Of a DNA stretch of 64,000 nucleotides, positions 20,770 through 34,154 are shown one piece after another. The position numbers and the translations under genes are program-made. Each line of letters begins with the position of its first letter. The stretch's first letter is position 1. The notes below the pieces were generated by a model. That model did not search any database. It saw only the letters and a program-made list of their open reading frames with translations, and was not told where the DNA came from. Source of the DNA: Selaginella moellendorffii (Eukaryota; Plantae; Lycopodiophyta); assembly GCF_000143415.4 (NCBI RefSeq), contig NW_003314345.1, positions 328,574 to 392,573 on the forward strand. Reading direction: 5' to 3'.

Positions 20770-23045
20770 CTATCTGCTTTTGTATTGGGTTATAATCCCT
20801 GTTACAGACGAGTAGGTTCCAGCAATTGCTGCAATCACTCCTATGAATATGGTCACGACACAAATAATAGCCTGCAAAACAATCATGTTTTAGCTAGCTC
20901 CAAGGTTTTACTCAGACTCTTACCTGTGTTTTTGGAATCCTTCTGCCACTTATGCTGAGATAACATGCTGAGGGTAAAATTAATGACTACAAAAACCATG
21001 AAATTTGTTAAATACTTCAAACGATCATAATACATTGATTATACATACTCCAGTAAGACTTAGAAACGATCCAATAAAAGCCATCACAAATCCTGAAGAA
21101 TCAATAAAACGTATAAATCTGAAATACTTCAAATCTTTATCGAATACTTACCAAAGAATGGTATCATAAGCGCCACAAATAAAGTTGATGTTACCAAACT
21201 AGTTCGTATAAGAACTGATGCAAAATGATTTTTTGAAACTTGAGTTGGCAGAAGTTCTTCTAAACTCAAGGCGACAGGGGTGATTGTTAATGCATATTTT
21301 GTAAGAGGTGTAATAACCTGAAAATAAAATTTAAAGACTTATAGCACTAAAAACACAATTAAATTACTTACCGTAGTCCATAATGCAATTTTAGATGCAA
21401 CAAACTGCTTTGGAAGATTTAATGTCACTTGAGACTGAGTTTCTGCTCCAAACATTTTAAAACCCATAATCGCTACTCCTCCATACATTAATATACATAA
21501 TAGAAAGCTAATAACAAATTATCAGAATTTAAAAGTAATAAAGCAAAATAGGTTGAAATACACTTACCACAATTGTAAAACTCGATTGAATTGCGCTCTA
21601 TCTTTCATAGACGAATAAATATTAGGAAAAACAGCGTGTCCAGAGAAACAAAATCCTATAAGTCCAATAGAGACTGGCAAGTTTCCAAAATTTATAAATG
21701 AGCCAGTGTTCCGAAACCCAACCCCATCAACCGCTCCAACCCACCAAACCGAAACAACAACAATAATTGATGTCACAACTCCACCAGCTTTTAAAAAAGA
21801 AAAGTCAACAAACCAGAACCTGAAAAAGGAACAAAACACATACCTGAAATGTATGATAACAAGCTGAGATCTCGAAGCCAGACAGTAGGCAGTATAAACA
21901 GCGCAGCTATCATGCTAAACACTTTCTGTGACTCCATCTTGCGGCCATTAAAACTGAAATGAGCATTGGGGAAAAGGGATGCAAGATTATCCCCTTCAAG
22001 AATCAAAAACTCCACACAGCATGCCTACAATATAGCATCTGTTAATACAATCAAGATTATAGAAGTTTAACACACGTACGTAGAGTTCCACGTAGAGAAT
22101 TATCTGTTAAGAAGGATCACAGTGAGAAGATGGACAAGCTAAAGCAAAGACAACGTACCGAGATAACAAGACGTCCAATCCGGCCAAATGCTGCTTGCCC
22201 AATGTCAGGATATGTGACAAGACCTGGCTCACTCTCCAAGCATTTGCGCAAAAGGATTCCTGTGTAGCAGCAAACCACTGCGAAGAGTAGCAGTATGATA
22301 GCTCCAATCCAGCCTCCTTGCTTCAGAGCATAAGGAGTGGAAAGAACCCCCACTCCAGCGAGAACATTGATCCCTGAGAAACATCGAGGTTAGAACTTTG
22401 AGAACAATGGGAAAGCTTTGAGCTCAAACCGTTTAGCGTTGCCTGGAAGAAGGTGCAACCTTGCTTTGGAAGCTGGAGGTGATGGTAGTCTTGCGCATCG
22501 CTGGAAGGAGAAATCCTGGTCGAGGAAGTCTTCCTGAGCCTCGTCTCGGAGGATACGGTGACAATGTGAGATTGCGGGGGTGGTGGCGGTGGCAGCGATG
22601 GAGTCAGTCGTTTTTCATCCTTGTCAAATTCCTGGTCTGTCAAGAGCGGATCCAGAATGGAAGTTGCGCTCTCGTAGTGCTTTCCCAGCGAGGTTGATAG
22701 CAGCGAACTGCGAGACACATTTGGACTCGTGAGGAAATTCAAGCTTGGAGAGGGCATATGACTGTAGATATCCATCGATTTCCTGGCAAGGAAGAACAAA
22801 AGGCCTCAGCAAAGATCTCTCTTCCAAATCCTTTTCACTCACCTGTAGCTCTGCGGCCATCTAGGAGTAGCCAAAGCATCGTCTTCCTCTTCTTCCTCCT
22901 CGTCCTCGCCATCTTCTTCTTCGATTTTGTGATGGAATCCATCGCCGCTGCTTACTTTGCGTTGCTGTTGCTGCTCGTCCTCCTCGTCGGCATCAAAATC
23001 GAGATAGAATCTGGCCTCGGGGGGCGACGCTCGCTCACTCTCCAT
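20770..23045 (-). CDS. AVT1: Vacuolar amino-acid transporter AVT1-like (multi-exon)
   Basis: WPQSYR, GVGVLSTPYA, TYPDIGQAAFG, EFLILEGDNL, CFSGHAVFPNIY; last exons SLILPSACYL / GTYSSVTGII. Confidence 0.93.
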
Positions 23046-23246
23046 CGCCAAATTCCTACTCAAACCTTCGCAATCCCCATTCTAGAGTGCTCGATTCCAA
23101 AGATCTTAATTCTCCAGCCAGCTAAACCCTAGCTACCTCTACACCATAAATTAAGGTTGGCCACTTGGAAGATAGGATTAGGGCAAACGTGACAAAAATA
23201 GTAAAATGTTAAGGAAATAGAAAATAAATTAAGGACAAAAGTAGAA

Positions 23247-23319
23247 TGGAGATGCCGGGTATCGATCCCGGTGCCTCTCGCATGCTAAGCGAGCGCTCTA
23301 CCATCTGAGCTACATCCCC
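23247..23319 (-). tRNA. trnA-AGC: tRNA-Ala, anticodon AGC
   Basis: Reverse complement GGGGATGTAGCTCAGATGGTAGAGCGCTCGCTTAGCATGCGAGAGG...CATCTCCA, a typical plant tRNA-Ala. Confidence 0.97.
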
Positions 23320-23420
23320 AACTTCCTCGAGATAAAATCATCGTCAAGAATCTCTCTGTGGTCAAAGTTAAAAGGGTTTAAAAACAACTTAGGGCTTGCC
23401 ATTGTTCCTTGGTTCTTGCC

Positions 23421-26400
23421 ATGGCGGATGAATCGGCGACGGTGCGCGACAGCATTCTCTACCTGCTGAGGGATTTCCACGCCCAGATTCCTCCCGATTT
23501 CCTGGGCGTCGTCCCGTCGGGGCAGCCGCGCGTCGAGAATTCTTTCACAGAACCGGAATGGCTGGCGCATCTGGAGCTCAACTTCGTTTGCCTGGCGCTG
23601 CGCATGGAGCTGCTGCGATCTCTTGGCCGGTGCGTTGGGGCAATCGGATCGGATGCGGCGGTTCCAGCGCCCTCATCGTCCATAGCAGTGTGAGTTTTTT
23701 CTCCTTTAAACTTCTTTACACGCGGCTAAGTTGGAGAGACTTTGCAGAAGAGAAGCTCTCTCGTTGGTTGAGAAGCTGCTGCAAGAACTCGCAACCAGAG
23801 AGACGGAACGACTTCCCAAGGATCCAAACAAGCATCCCCTCGTTTTGAAGCTAGCACAGAGATATGGACTGTCACCCGCCGAGACGTGTTTGTTTCAGCT
23901 TCTCTTCGTCCGGGGTGCATCCAAGGCTCCTGCTGTTCGTGCCGCTCTAGGTGATCTCTAAAATTCTTTGTGCGCATGCTTATGGATGTTTTTGTAGGAG
24001 GGAGACAGGAAGACAAGGAAATGGCGATGGATCTCTGTGGTATGAGCTTGATGGAACTAGAAGAATTTCTTGACGACAAACGCACTCATATGGTTGAAGG
24101 CATCATAATGGGACAGGTTCTCACTTAAGTTGTTCTTCAAGCTTGATGGTGTATACCTTTCCTCTACATTTCTCAGGACGATTACGATGGAAAGACTTTC
24201 CGTATGGTGAAGGAAGCTGTCTCTGTGCTGCGTTTACGGCCAATAAAAACTGAGCAGTGGTTAAAGCTGAGCAAGACGGAGGTCTTGAACGTCGTCGACA
24301 GTAGTCACGTAAGTTTGCTTACATTCATTTGTCAGGGTCCTATTGAAAATGAGTTGCTTGTTTTACAGCTCGAAGGCAAGGGGGATGCCCTTGTAGCTGC
24401 AGAAGATCCTGAAAATGAGGTGGCCGTTTCAGCTGTGTCAGGCCAAGGAGCAAACAAAAAACGGAAGTTTGAAGATATTGAGAGTATAACTGGCCTTTCC
24501 GGCAAGCAAGTTGACGAACTCTTGGCTGGTACCGAGCCAGTAAAATCGTCCAAGAAAGTCTCGCTACCTGCTGAGCAAGAAAGCGAGATGATTCCCGCGG
24601 TAGAGACCAGTGATGCTCAGACAACCGTCGAGAAGGCATCCAAGGGAGATCTTCAAGCTTATGCCTCGAGTCTTGAATACCTGGATGACGCATTTCAAAT
24701 GCTAGCTTTGATGCTGAGGGTCGCAAAGGCTAGACACAAGGAAGATATGAAGGAAGCTTTCAATGATGAACGCTCTTGGTATGATTCTTATAGGTCTACA
24801 AAGGTAATACTCTCCTGTCTTTGCCAAACATTTCGTTCTTACACTGTATCCAGCAGGCTGCAAGCATCCGTGAGCTACAGGCGAAGCTTAGATTTGCCAA
24901 GAATCGGCTGCAAGAAAGAATGAGACTTACTGAAGAAGCTGTCAAGCAAGACAAAGGACAATTGCCACGACTCGAGGTGTTGTTCTGTCGATGCCCTTTC
25001 TGCTGATAACTGAACTTTTCTATCAGGCTCTAGCTCTCAAGCTTGGACTGGACGAGTTTGAAAAGGGAGTCGTTTTAATGCTTACAGGTACTATGATTTG
25101 CGCTAGGAACTTTCTCAATAATCGTCTTACACTGCAGCTGTGTCCATCTCGCCTGTTGTTAAAAGCATTTTCGAAGGAGACAACGGTGACACTGGCTTTC
25201 GGCGCAGCAGCGACTACGTTCAAGTTAGTCTATTTTTCTTTTCTTGTTTTTATTGCATTCACCAGCGTGGGTTGTCTGGTTTGCAGGTGCAAGACATCCT
25301 TACTGTCTATTTCAATTCGTTCAAAGAACAGGTAAGTCATGTTATTTCCAGCTAGGTTAGTGACTGACTGTTTTCGACAGGTTCTAGCAAGGACATATTT
25401 CTATAAGTCCAGCAGGCTTGTGTCAAGAGGCCTGATCAAACTGAGAAATGCAGTGTACAACAGAGCAAGGTGTGATTTGATGGATCAGCAAGTTGAGCTT
25501 GACCGCAGAATGCTTGACTGGATTGTTGGTCTCGACACTGAAATGAACGAGCTTGTCGATGGGAGCTATTTATATACGCCAAAGGTGATCTAACGTTTAT
25601 GCACTTTGTCGTCCGAGTACAGTACTTATATCTGGTGTTACGCGTAGATTCCTATGGATCAAGTCGTTCTTCCTGAGGAACAGAAAAATATGCTTTTAAA
25701 AACAGTCGAGAATTTCTCTAAATTTAAGGATTTTCGGAAATCGGCAGGTCTCGAGGACATTATGAGCTATGCTGCGGGACTTGTAATTCTCTTATGTGGT
25801 GCGTCAGGGACCGGGAAAACTATGACGGTAAATGCAGTCGCTCATCACCTTGGTACGTTCTCACCGGCACCTGTTTAGCTGACCACATCCTTCTTTCTTT
25901 TATTTTTGTTTCTGCTACAGGTAAACGCGTTCTCCTTGTGGACTTCCGTGCGCTCCACTTATCCGGTCGTGAAGACAATTCTGGTGATATTCGTGGTTTG
26001 TTTCGGGATGCCGACATGAACGATGCCGTGATATTTTTTGATGAGTGCGAAGCGATTTTTGCTCAGGTACAGTCTTGTTATAGAAGATTGGTAATATTTT
26101 GGTTATTTTAGAGAGAGCATGGAGGCGACAAAATGCTAAATGCTCTATTGACGGAAATGGAAAGGCACGAGGGCATCGTTATGCTTGCAACTAATCGTCC
26201 TCAAGATCTCGATGAAGCTATGCACAGGCGAATTACGTATGATATCAGCTAGTTATTCAGCGGTCACTAATTTTGCCTTTTTATACAGTTGTGTTAGCGA
26301 GTTTCATCCGCCAGACCACACACAACGCCGGGAAATATGGAAGTTATCATGTTCCCGGTTACCTATGACAAGTAACATTGACTGGGATAGAATATCATTA

Positions 26401-27800
26401 AGGTACGAAACCTTGTCAAAACAACTCTCATCGAAGTGTGTTTACAGATACGAGCTTACTGGAGGCTATATTAAAAATGCAGTCGTTAGTTCTTTGCTTA
26501 TTGCCATTTCAAGAGATAGTGCGAATCCTATAGTTTCCGAGGAAGATATCGTCGAAGGCTGCCGCTTGCAGATGCGTGGCAGCTTGCAGGTAGCTTTGTG
26601 TTTTAGTTTGTGTTAGTGCACTAATGCCTGAATCCACAGATGAAGTCGTTCACACACAGGGTTGTCCCAAAAGCCGGAGTAGACGACCTTGTTCTTTGTA
26701 CAGCGATGCGAGAAAGGATCGAAGGAATTCTTAAGTTTGAAAAAGCGAGAGCGATTTTACAAGGACAATGGGGATTTCAACAAGAGCGCTTAGGAACTGC
26801 ATGCTTGTTTTACGGTTCCCACGGCACCGGGAAATCTGCCGTTGCAGAGGTATATGAACCGTGGTTGTTGATTTCGTTGAGCTCTGTTTTGCGTTTGTTG
26901 CAGGCAATAGGATTTGAGTTAGGACGCCCTTTGAAGGTTAGCACATGTCTTTCCTTGAGATACTGATATTGAGCTTTGGTTTGCAGGTTATCAATTGTTC
27001 CCAGTTGATTTCGCGTGAGAGCAGTGCCAAAACTAGCGCCAATATCACCAGTGTCTTCAAGGATGCAAGGTTGATGGACGCGGTTCTCGTGCTTGAAGAT
27101 TTTCAGGTCTGCCATTCCAACTTATCCACTCTACTTTAACTTCCATGGAACAGATTATGGGAAGTGAAGAGGAAGGCATTGGCAACGGTCTAACTAGCAT
27201 TTCTGCTTGGTCTCATGTAGCAATAGGATTGCTATTGCACGAGCTAGAACGATTTCCTGGAATATGTCTCCTTGTCGCTAACGTTTCCAAGGTGCGCACA
27301 ACATTCATTTCTTTCTCTTTGTTACACAAGTGTTTTGCGTGTTATAGGGAAGCGCCATTGTCAGACTTGATCCCGAGCTTGTTCGAAGGCTCAGGTTTGT
27401 CGTGGAGTTTAAAATGCCCGATCAGTCTATCCGTGCCGCAATGTGGAAGAAGATGCTACCTGCAAAGGTAAATCGCATAGTGTTTTTTCAAGCACTTTGA
27501 CCTTAAGTTGATTCCACTGCAGGCACCTCTGGCCGCTGACATAGATTTTGACGAGCTGAGCAAGCGATTCAACTTTACCAGCGGAGCTATAAGCAGTGCT
27601 ACAGTTAGAGCGGCCGCTAAGGTTGTATATTTCTCCCTTTGTCCACCTTGCTGAGAAACTTTCTTGGCTGCTTTCAGGCTGCGTTACGCTCTTCTGATGC
27701 GTCTAGAATTGGACAGAAGGATCTAGTGGAAGCTGCCGAAGCTGAAAAGGAACACCTCCGGGATGAATCGCGTGAGATCATGATGAGAGCCTTCATCTAA
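23421..27800 (+). CDS. Two-domain AAA+ ATPase with duplicated N-terminal helical module (many short introns)
   Basis: Walker A GASGTGKT and GSHGTGKS, Walker B IFFDECE, LATNRPQDLDEAMHRRI, YELTGGYIKNA. Second Walker B is degenerate (VLEDF). Confidence 0.88.
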
Positions 27801-27978
27801 ATGCGGTAACGCTCTCGCCACGCAGTTTCAACTCTTTCTTTTGTCGCAGAGAGAGTCGACGAGCAGTCGTACCATGACTACTTGTCTGTTTTTGACGTGG
27901 TAATATAGCTGAGTATCATCTTCTTAAGCTAAAGTGTTGCTACAGTAGTTTGGGAAGGGTTTTGAGAGTGAGAAGAAA

Positions 27979-29213
27979 ATGGGAGCTCCAAGAGTGAAGC
28001 TTGGTAGCCAGGGGCTAGAGGTTTCACGGCAGGGTCTTGGTTGCATGGGAATGTCTGCGTTCTATGGCACTCGCAAGCCCGAGTCGGAGATGATAGATCT
28101 CATCCACAAGGCTGTCAACGATTTGGGGATCACTTTTCTCGACACTGCTGATGTTTATGGTCCTCACACAAACGAGATCCTCGTCGGAAAGGTACGTGAG
28201 TGCTTTGTTTGTGCCACTTTACTCTCGTCTTTGCGCTTTCTTTCGCGTTGCAGGCGATTAGCAGCTTGAGAAGAGAAAGTGTCCAAGTCGCGACCAAGTT
28301 TGGCATCACGAGCCAGGGAATTCGAGGTGATCCCGCTTACGTTCGCGAGTCATGCCTTGGCAGCCTCGAGCGACTCGGTGTGGACTACATCGATCTTTAC
28401 TACCAGCACAGAGTGGACACCAGAGTTCCCATCGAAATCACGGTATGGTGGCATGATTTTCCGAGATGTTTAGCAGTTGAAGCGTTTGCTCTTCTTCAAG
28501 GTTGGGGAGATGAAGAAACTCGTCGAGGAAGGCAAAGTCAAGTACATTGGCCTGTCGGAAGCATCGGCTTCGGACATCCGGCGAGCTCATGCAGTCCATC
28601 CCGTGACTGCTGTTCAACTGGAATGGTCGCTGTGGACTCGAGACGTGGAAGAAGATGTCATCCCAACATGCAGGTAATGCAAAACTCAATACCAAGACGA
28701 GAAAAAACAGTTTTTTTTCCAGGGAACTCGGCATTGGGATCGTTCCTTACAGCCCTCTCGGCCGGGGATTCTTCTCCATCGGCAAGAAGATCATGGAAGA
28801 CCTGCCAGCAAACGACTTCCGGAAGGTAGGCTGGTTTCCCGCACGAGCATTCTTCTCGTGGTGTTTTCCATGGTGATCAGGTTGGCAATGACCCCCGGCT
28901 CATGCCCGAGCACATCGACAAGAACGCGGCCTTTTACAACAAGCTGCTGGAGATGTCCACGAGCAAGAACTGCTCGCCGGGACAACTCGCCCTGGCGTGG
29001 CTCCAGCACCAGGGTCGCGACGTGGTTCCAATCCCCGGCACCACCAAGCTCAAAAACTTGCAAGAGAACGCCGGAGCTCTGGCGGTGGAGCTGTCCGAGC
29101 AAGAGCTGCGAGCGATCGAAGACGCTGTTCCCATTGTGAGCATCTCCGGCGAAAGAAAAAAGGACATGTCGCTCACCTGGAGATTCGCTTCCTCGCCCGC
29201 GCTAGAGAAATGA
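27979..29213 (+). CDS. Aldo-keto reductase (AKR13 / auxin-induced PCNT115-like)
   Basis: [49 protein letters not shown]; GT-AG introns. Confidence 0.95.
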
Positions 29214-29548
29214 CGATCAAAGTATATTCTCCTCGTCGAGAGAATATTCTTTAAAGCATATTCTGTTGGAAGGAATATTCTCTATGATAAACCCTGAAAG
29301 AATGTTCTTGGGATCTATGTTTTCAAACAAGGCGTGTGGGCAAGGGTTCTTTAGTCAAGGCGCGAGCCGGGTAGTGCCGCCCATTCCAGCAACAGGGGGC
29401 ATTCTTGTCCAGATCTCCATCGCCATCGCATCACCGTGTTGGATCGATCGCGGTGCTGTAGGGGCGGCAAATTTAGATGGCCCGGCTTTGTCCCTGGCGG
29501 AGCCTAATTTGGAGACGCAGGTAGCGCGCGCTGGGCACAGATCGAGCC

Positions 29549-31045
29549 ATGGGCAGCATGGAGCTGTGGGATTTCGAGAATCTGGCGGATGGCCGCGCGC
29601 CTAGGGTTGTCCTGGGCGTGGATGGAGGATCCACTTCCACGCTGTGTGTGTGTGTAAACGCTAACTCCAGCAAAGAGTCCCCAAAGGTTATTGGACGAGC
29701 TGTGGCTGGCTGCTCCAATCGCAACAGTGTTGGAGGTATGTTCTTGTGAGTTTTCGTGAGTTTTTCCTTATTTTTTTCATGGACTGGACGCTTCTCTACT
29801 TCTTTCTTTGTAGATGAGCTTGCAAATGCGGCTCTAGAACTGGCGCTTGCGGGAGCTCTCAAGAACGCGGGAGTTCCTCGCTCGTCGGTCCAGGCGGTGT
29901 GCGTGGGAATCTCGGGAGTGGACACTCGAGACGATGAGGAGCGAATGCTGTCCTGGCTGAGGTGTGAAGTAGTAAATTTCATATGCTGACTGATAAGCGT
30001 GAGATGATGCAGCGCACCATTTCACTGGTATTCTGCGTGCTGAGATTCAATCCTTTCACGCTTTGCTAAGTTTTTCACTGGTTTTTTTCTTTGTTGTTTG
30101 TTCTACCAGGCAACTTTTTCCGCGCACGTCTCACATTTTTGCTTACAACGATGCTGTTGCAGCCTTGGCGAGTGGAACTCTCGGAAAGCTCCATGGCTGT
30201 GTGCTCGTCGTTGGAACCGGAACAATTGCGTATGGATTCACGAGTGATGGACGCAAAACTCGCTGCTCGGGCTATGGTCCTCTCCTCGGAGACCAAGGCA
30301 GGTCCGAGTCTCTTCCACGTTTTCTTTTATAGCTTTCTCTTTTGGCCACCACTTACTCGGGTGCTTTCTTGGCAGTGGCTTTGCCATAGCGTCGCAAGCT
30401 TTGGCATCAGTAACTCGTGCTCACGATGGACGCGGTCCTCCTACAGCGCTGTCTGGAGCGATTCTAAAGCATCTCCACCTCAAGCATGTTGACGACTTAA
30501 TCAGGTATCGTTCTTCATTGTACCAAACTTTGGTTGACATTGTTGCTGGCAGCTGGGCCTATACAGATTCCTCGTGGGCTCGTGTAGCAGCTCTTGTCCC
30601 GGTTGTCAAGGCTTGTGCTGCGGCAGGAGACTTTGCTGCTCAGGAGGCTCTCAATTTTGCTGTACAAGAGCTGTCTTTGAGCGTCAACTCTGTTGTCACT
30701 AGACTCGGTCTCGCCGGTGAAGGTAAGCACTCTCGGTTTTGCGAGGCATTTCTAAGCTGGCTTACAGATGGAAAGAAACCGTTTCCGCTGGTTTTGGTCG
30801 GTGGCGTTTTGGAAAAGAATGACTCGTTCGACCTCGTCTCTGCGATCGTTCATTGCGTATGTGCTTCCTTTCCCGGCGTTGAAGCTATTCGCCCCCAGGT
30901 GATAACCTTTCGCGTTTCCTTATGTGTTGTTGATTTGATCCATTCCATTCCACAGGTGGAGCCGGCTGTTGGAGCGGCGTTGCTTGCGCTGAGACAATCC
31001 TCTGTTGCAACCTGCAATGGTGATATGAGCGCGGCTGAGGTGTAA
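29549..31045 (+). CDS. GNK: N-acetyl-D-glucosamine kinase (BadF-type ATPase fold)
   Basis: VLGVDGGSTST, NDAVAALASGT, VVGTGTIAYG, GPLLGDQGSG, PLVLVGGVL. Confidence 0.92.
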
Positions 31046-31687
31046 AACACTTTTTTAACTTGGACTCGATTTGGCTGACCGTTTGTAAATTGCTTTGTTA
31101 TAAGTGGAACTTTGAAATGGTTTAAGATAAACGCTCCTTGGTGGATAATGGCTTCATACTTTCGCGCATGGATGAAAGTTCCCGTCAAATATGATTTTGA
31201 CTCGGGAGACCCAGGAAAGTAGAGCACGCGGTGACATACTAGCAGCAGGAAAGACCCTCTGACTGAGTTGACCATAAAGCTGCAAAGTGTTCTATCGTTC
31301 AACTGAAGAATGTTTTTCTAATGGATCACGAGTTGTGGAGGTGAAGAGGAAGAAGAGCTGGCCTGGAAATAGGCACGGCAGAATCTCAAGGTGGCTAGGG
31401 TCAAGATAACGAGTTGGATTTCCTAATTTGGATCCAAAGGGCCGATACAATCCTTCTCACAGCTTGCATCGAATTGCGTCAAGGTGCCACGCGCTCATCC
31501 TTGGGATCTGGCGGCAGCAGCAGGATTCGAACCCTTTAACAAAAAGAATATGCCCCATGTTCAAAGTCAAGACAGATGAGCAGATTCGCACCATCAAATG
31601 AGTCAGCTGAGTGCCGTGCCGTGTGCGATCAAGCCCTGGCCTCGATCTATAAAGATGTCGTAACACTTTGTAAGTAGCTAGAACACA

Positions 31688-33629
31688 ATGGAGCCTGCTG
31701 TATTGTCTTGCATGTTTCTATCAATTCTTGTGGTGGCAACAGTGCAGCAGGGCCTCGCGGCGGCGTCGCCTCCCAACATTCGCGCCGTCAACCTTGGGGG
31801 ATGGCTGGTGATCGAAGGATGGATGACAATGTCCTTGTTTGATAAAATTCCAGAAAACAATGATCTCTTGGTTTACTTCTAGCTAACATAGGACACATCT
31901 GATAATCAAAATTTGTTTCTTGGCTGCAGGATGGGACCCAAATCCAGCTCAAATCTTTGAAACTGGGGAAGTATGTGTCTGCCGAGAATAGCGGTGGAGG
32001 CAAGATGGTTGTCAACAGGCAAAACCCATCCAGCTGGGAGACATTCAAGGTTTTTCCTCTTCCAAAAATTCATTTTTTGAAACAAAATATGTTCTAGCTA
32101 TGGCGAGTAAGCAGCAACAGATTCTATCTCCGTGTATCCAACAATATGTTCGTGTCGGCTCTCAATGGAGGCGGAAGTACAGTCGATTCGACCAAAGACA
32201 CCCCTAAGGAATGGGAAACATTTAAAGTCGTTCGCAATAAATCTCTAGTTCACATCAAAACTTTCAATGGCAGATACTTACAAGTAATGTAATGCTCACT
32301 GTGAAGTTTTCAACTTCCATTTCAACTTGCAGGCCAAGGATGAGAGCCAGCTGACCGCGGATTACAGTGGCGAGCCCGGGTGGGATAATAACAACCCTGC
32401 TGTATTTATCATGACTGTCAACACTGCTCTTCGAGGAGAGTTTCAGCTGGCCAATGCCTATTCCAGAGCTCCTCAGCAAGTCTTTGACGTAAGAAGAGCT
32501 GCTCAGCAAGTCTTCGTGTTCTGATATTACGATATTGTTTTGTTTTTCGTCAAAAGAGACATCGAAACAACTTCATCACAGAAGGCGATTTTCAGTTCCT
32601 TGCTTCCAAGGGAATTAACGCTGTCCGGATTCCCGTTGGCTGGTGGATTGCATACGATCCCAATCCACCGAAGCCGTTCGTTGGAGGATCCATGAAAGCT
32701 CTAGACAACGCATTTACATGGGCTAGGTGAGAGCAACATTCTCTTCTGATGGATTTCCTAAAACTTTCGTCTCAATGTGGTGGTGTTGAAGCAAACACAA
32801 CATCAAAGTTATTATTGATCTTCATGCGGCACCTGGATCACAGAATCCCGAGGATCACAGTGCAAGTCGGGACGGAGTTTCAACGTGGAGGCAGGAAGAG
32901 AATATCGCTCAAACGCTCGAAGTCATCGATATTCTTGCCTCCAAGTAATCGATCAATCTAGATTTTGAAACTCGACTTAAAATGCCTCTCACACATGTAG
33001 GTACTCAAGTCATCCGGCTCTATTAGGCATCGAGCTTCTGAACGAGCCTAATGCTGCCGATGTTGATCTCGACACCCTCAAAAGTTACTACAAACAAGGA
33101 TACCAAAGAGTTCGAAGCAAGAGCCCTAATGCTTACGTGATCATGTGTCAGAGGCTTGGAAGCGATCCAATGGAGCTTGTCAACGCTCTAGACCCTGGCT
33201 CCACAAATGTGGTTCTCGACGTTCATTACTACAACTATTTCACTGGCGAGTTCAAAGGCAAAACTATCCAGTGGCACATTAATTACATCAACAACGAGAG
33301 GAAATCAGACATTGCACGACTGAAGAATGCAAAAAACGCTCCTCTGATCTTTGTTGGTAAGGCTCTCTCCAACATCGAACTGGATCACGAGTGACGAAGA
33401 ATATGTGTCATGTACTTTTGCAGGGGAATGGAGCAACCAGGTAGACGTCCCTGGTGCAACCGACGACGACTTTACAAGATATGGCACTGCACAGCTTACA
33501 GTATACAAAGACGCATCGTTTGGATGGGGATTCTGGAGTTTCAAAACTTTTGATAAAAACATCCACTGGGACTTTAAGAGGTCTGTAGAGAAAGGACACC
33601 TTCGCTTGCCATCGCTTGCCATGAAGTAA
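31688..33629 (+). CDS. GH5 exo-1,3-beta-glucanase with fascin-like insert, copy 1
   Basis: Signal peptide, [19 protein letters not shown] fascin repeats, [32 protein letters not shown]. Confidence 0.93.
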
Positions 33630-34154
33630 AAGCCTTCTTCTTTAGTAAAAGAAGAAACTAGAATAATCTACAATATTATTTTCATTAATATTACAATATT
33701 ATTTTTATTATTATTATAATAGTTCTTATTTCGTGCAATGTTGTCACTGCCAATAATTTTGAAATTTCTTGCTGTCCAAAGGATAGTATATCAGGAAAAA
33801 CCTTTGTTCTGAAAATATTCATTTACTCTATTCTAGCTTGCCAACAATGTTACAGGCACCGCAAAATCTGACCGTCCGCAAACTGTCGCGCAAGCACCAT
33901 GGGCCGTCGGATCTCAACTGGTATGGCCGTGGAGCAAAAAAATGAATAAACACTGCATGAGAGCGGCCAGTTAGTGAGCTGGGCGTCAGCTTTTACCGTA
34001 TTCATGTGCCTGGCGTCTTTGTCAAGTGGTATTCCCCCCAAAACAAAAATTCTTCCCTTCCAAACCTCAATGTTTTCTTCCACACTCCACCGCAACACCT
34101 TTCAATCGAAAGCTCGCATGCTTGCCCCTTGATTTATAACATCGGACGAGAAGA

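Noticed and set aside
23045-23319. Dicistronic tRNA-Ala-AVT1 transcript
   Set aside because: A T4 run follows the tRNA within ~10 nt; proximity alone is expected in a genome this compact.
27979-33629. AKR-GlcNAc kinase-glucanase as a metabolic gene cluster
   Set aside because: Common plant genes with no evidence of a shared pathway beyond adjacency.
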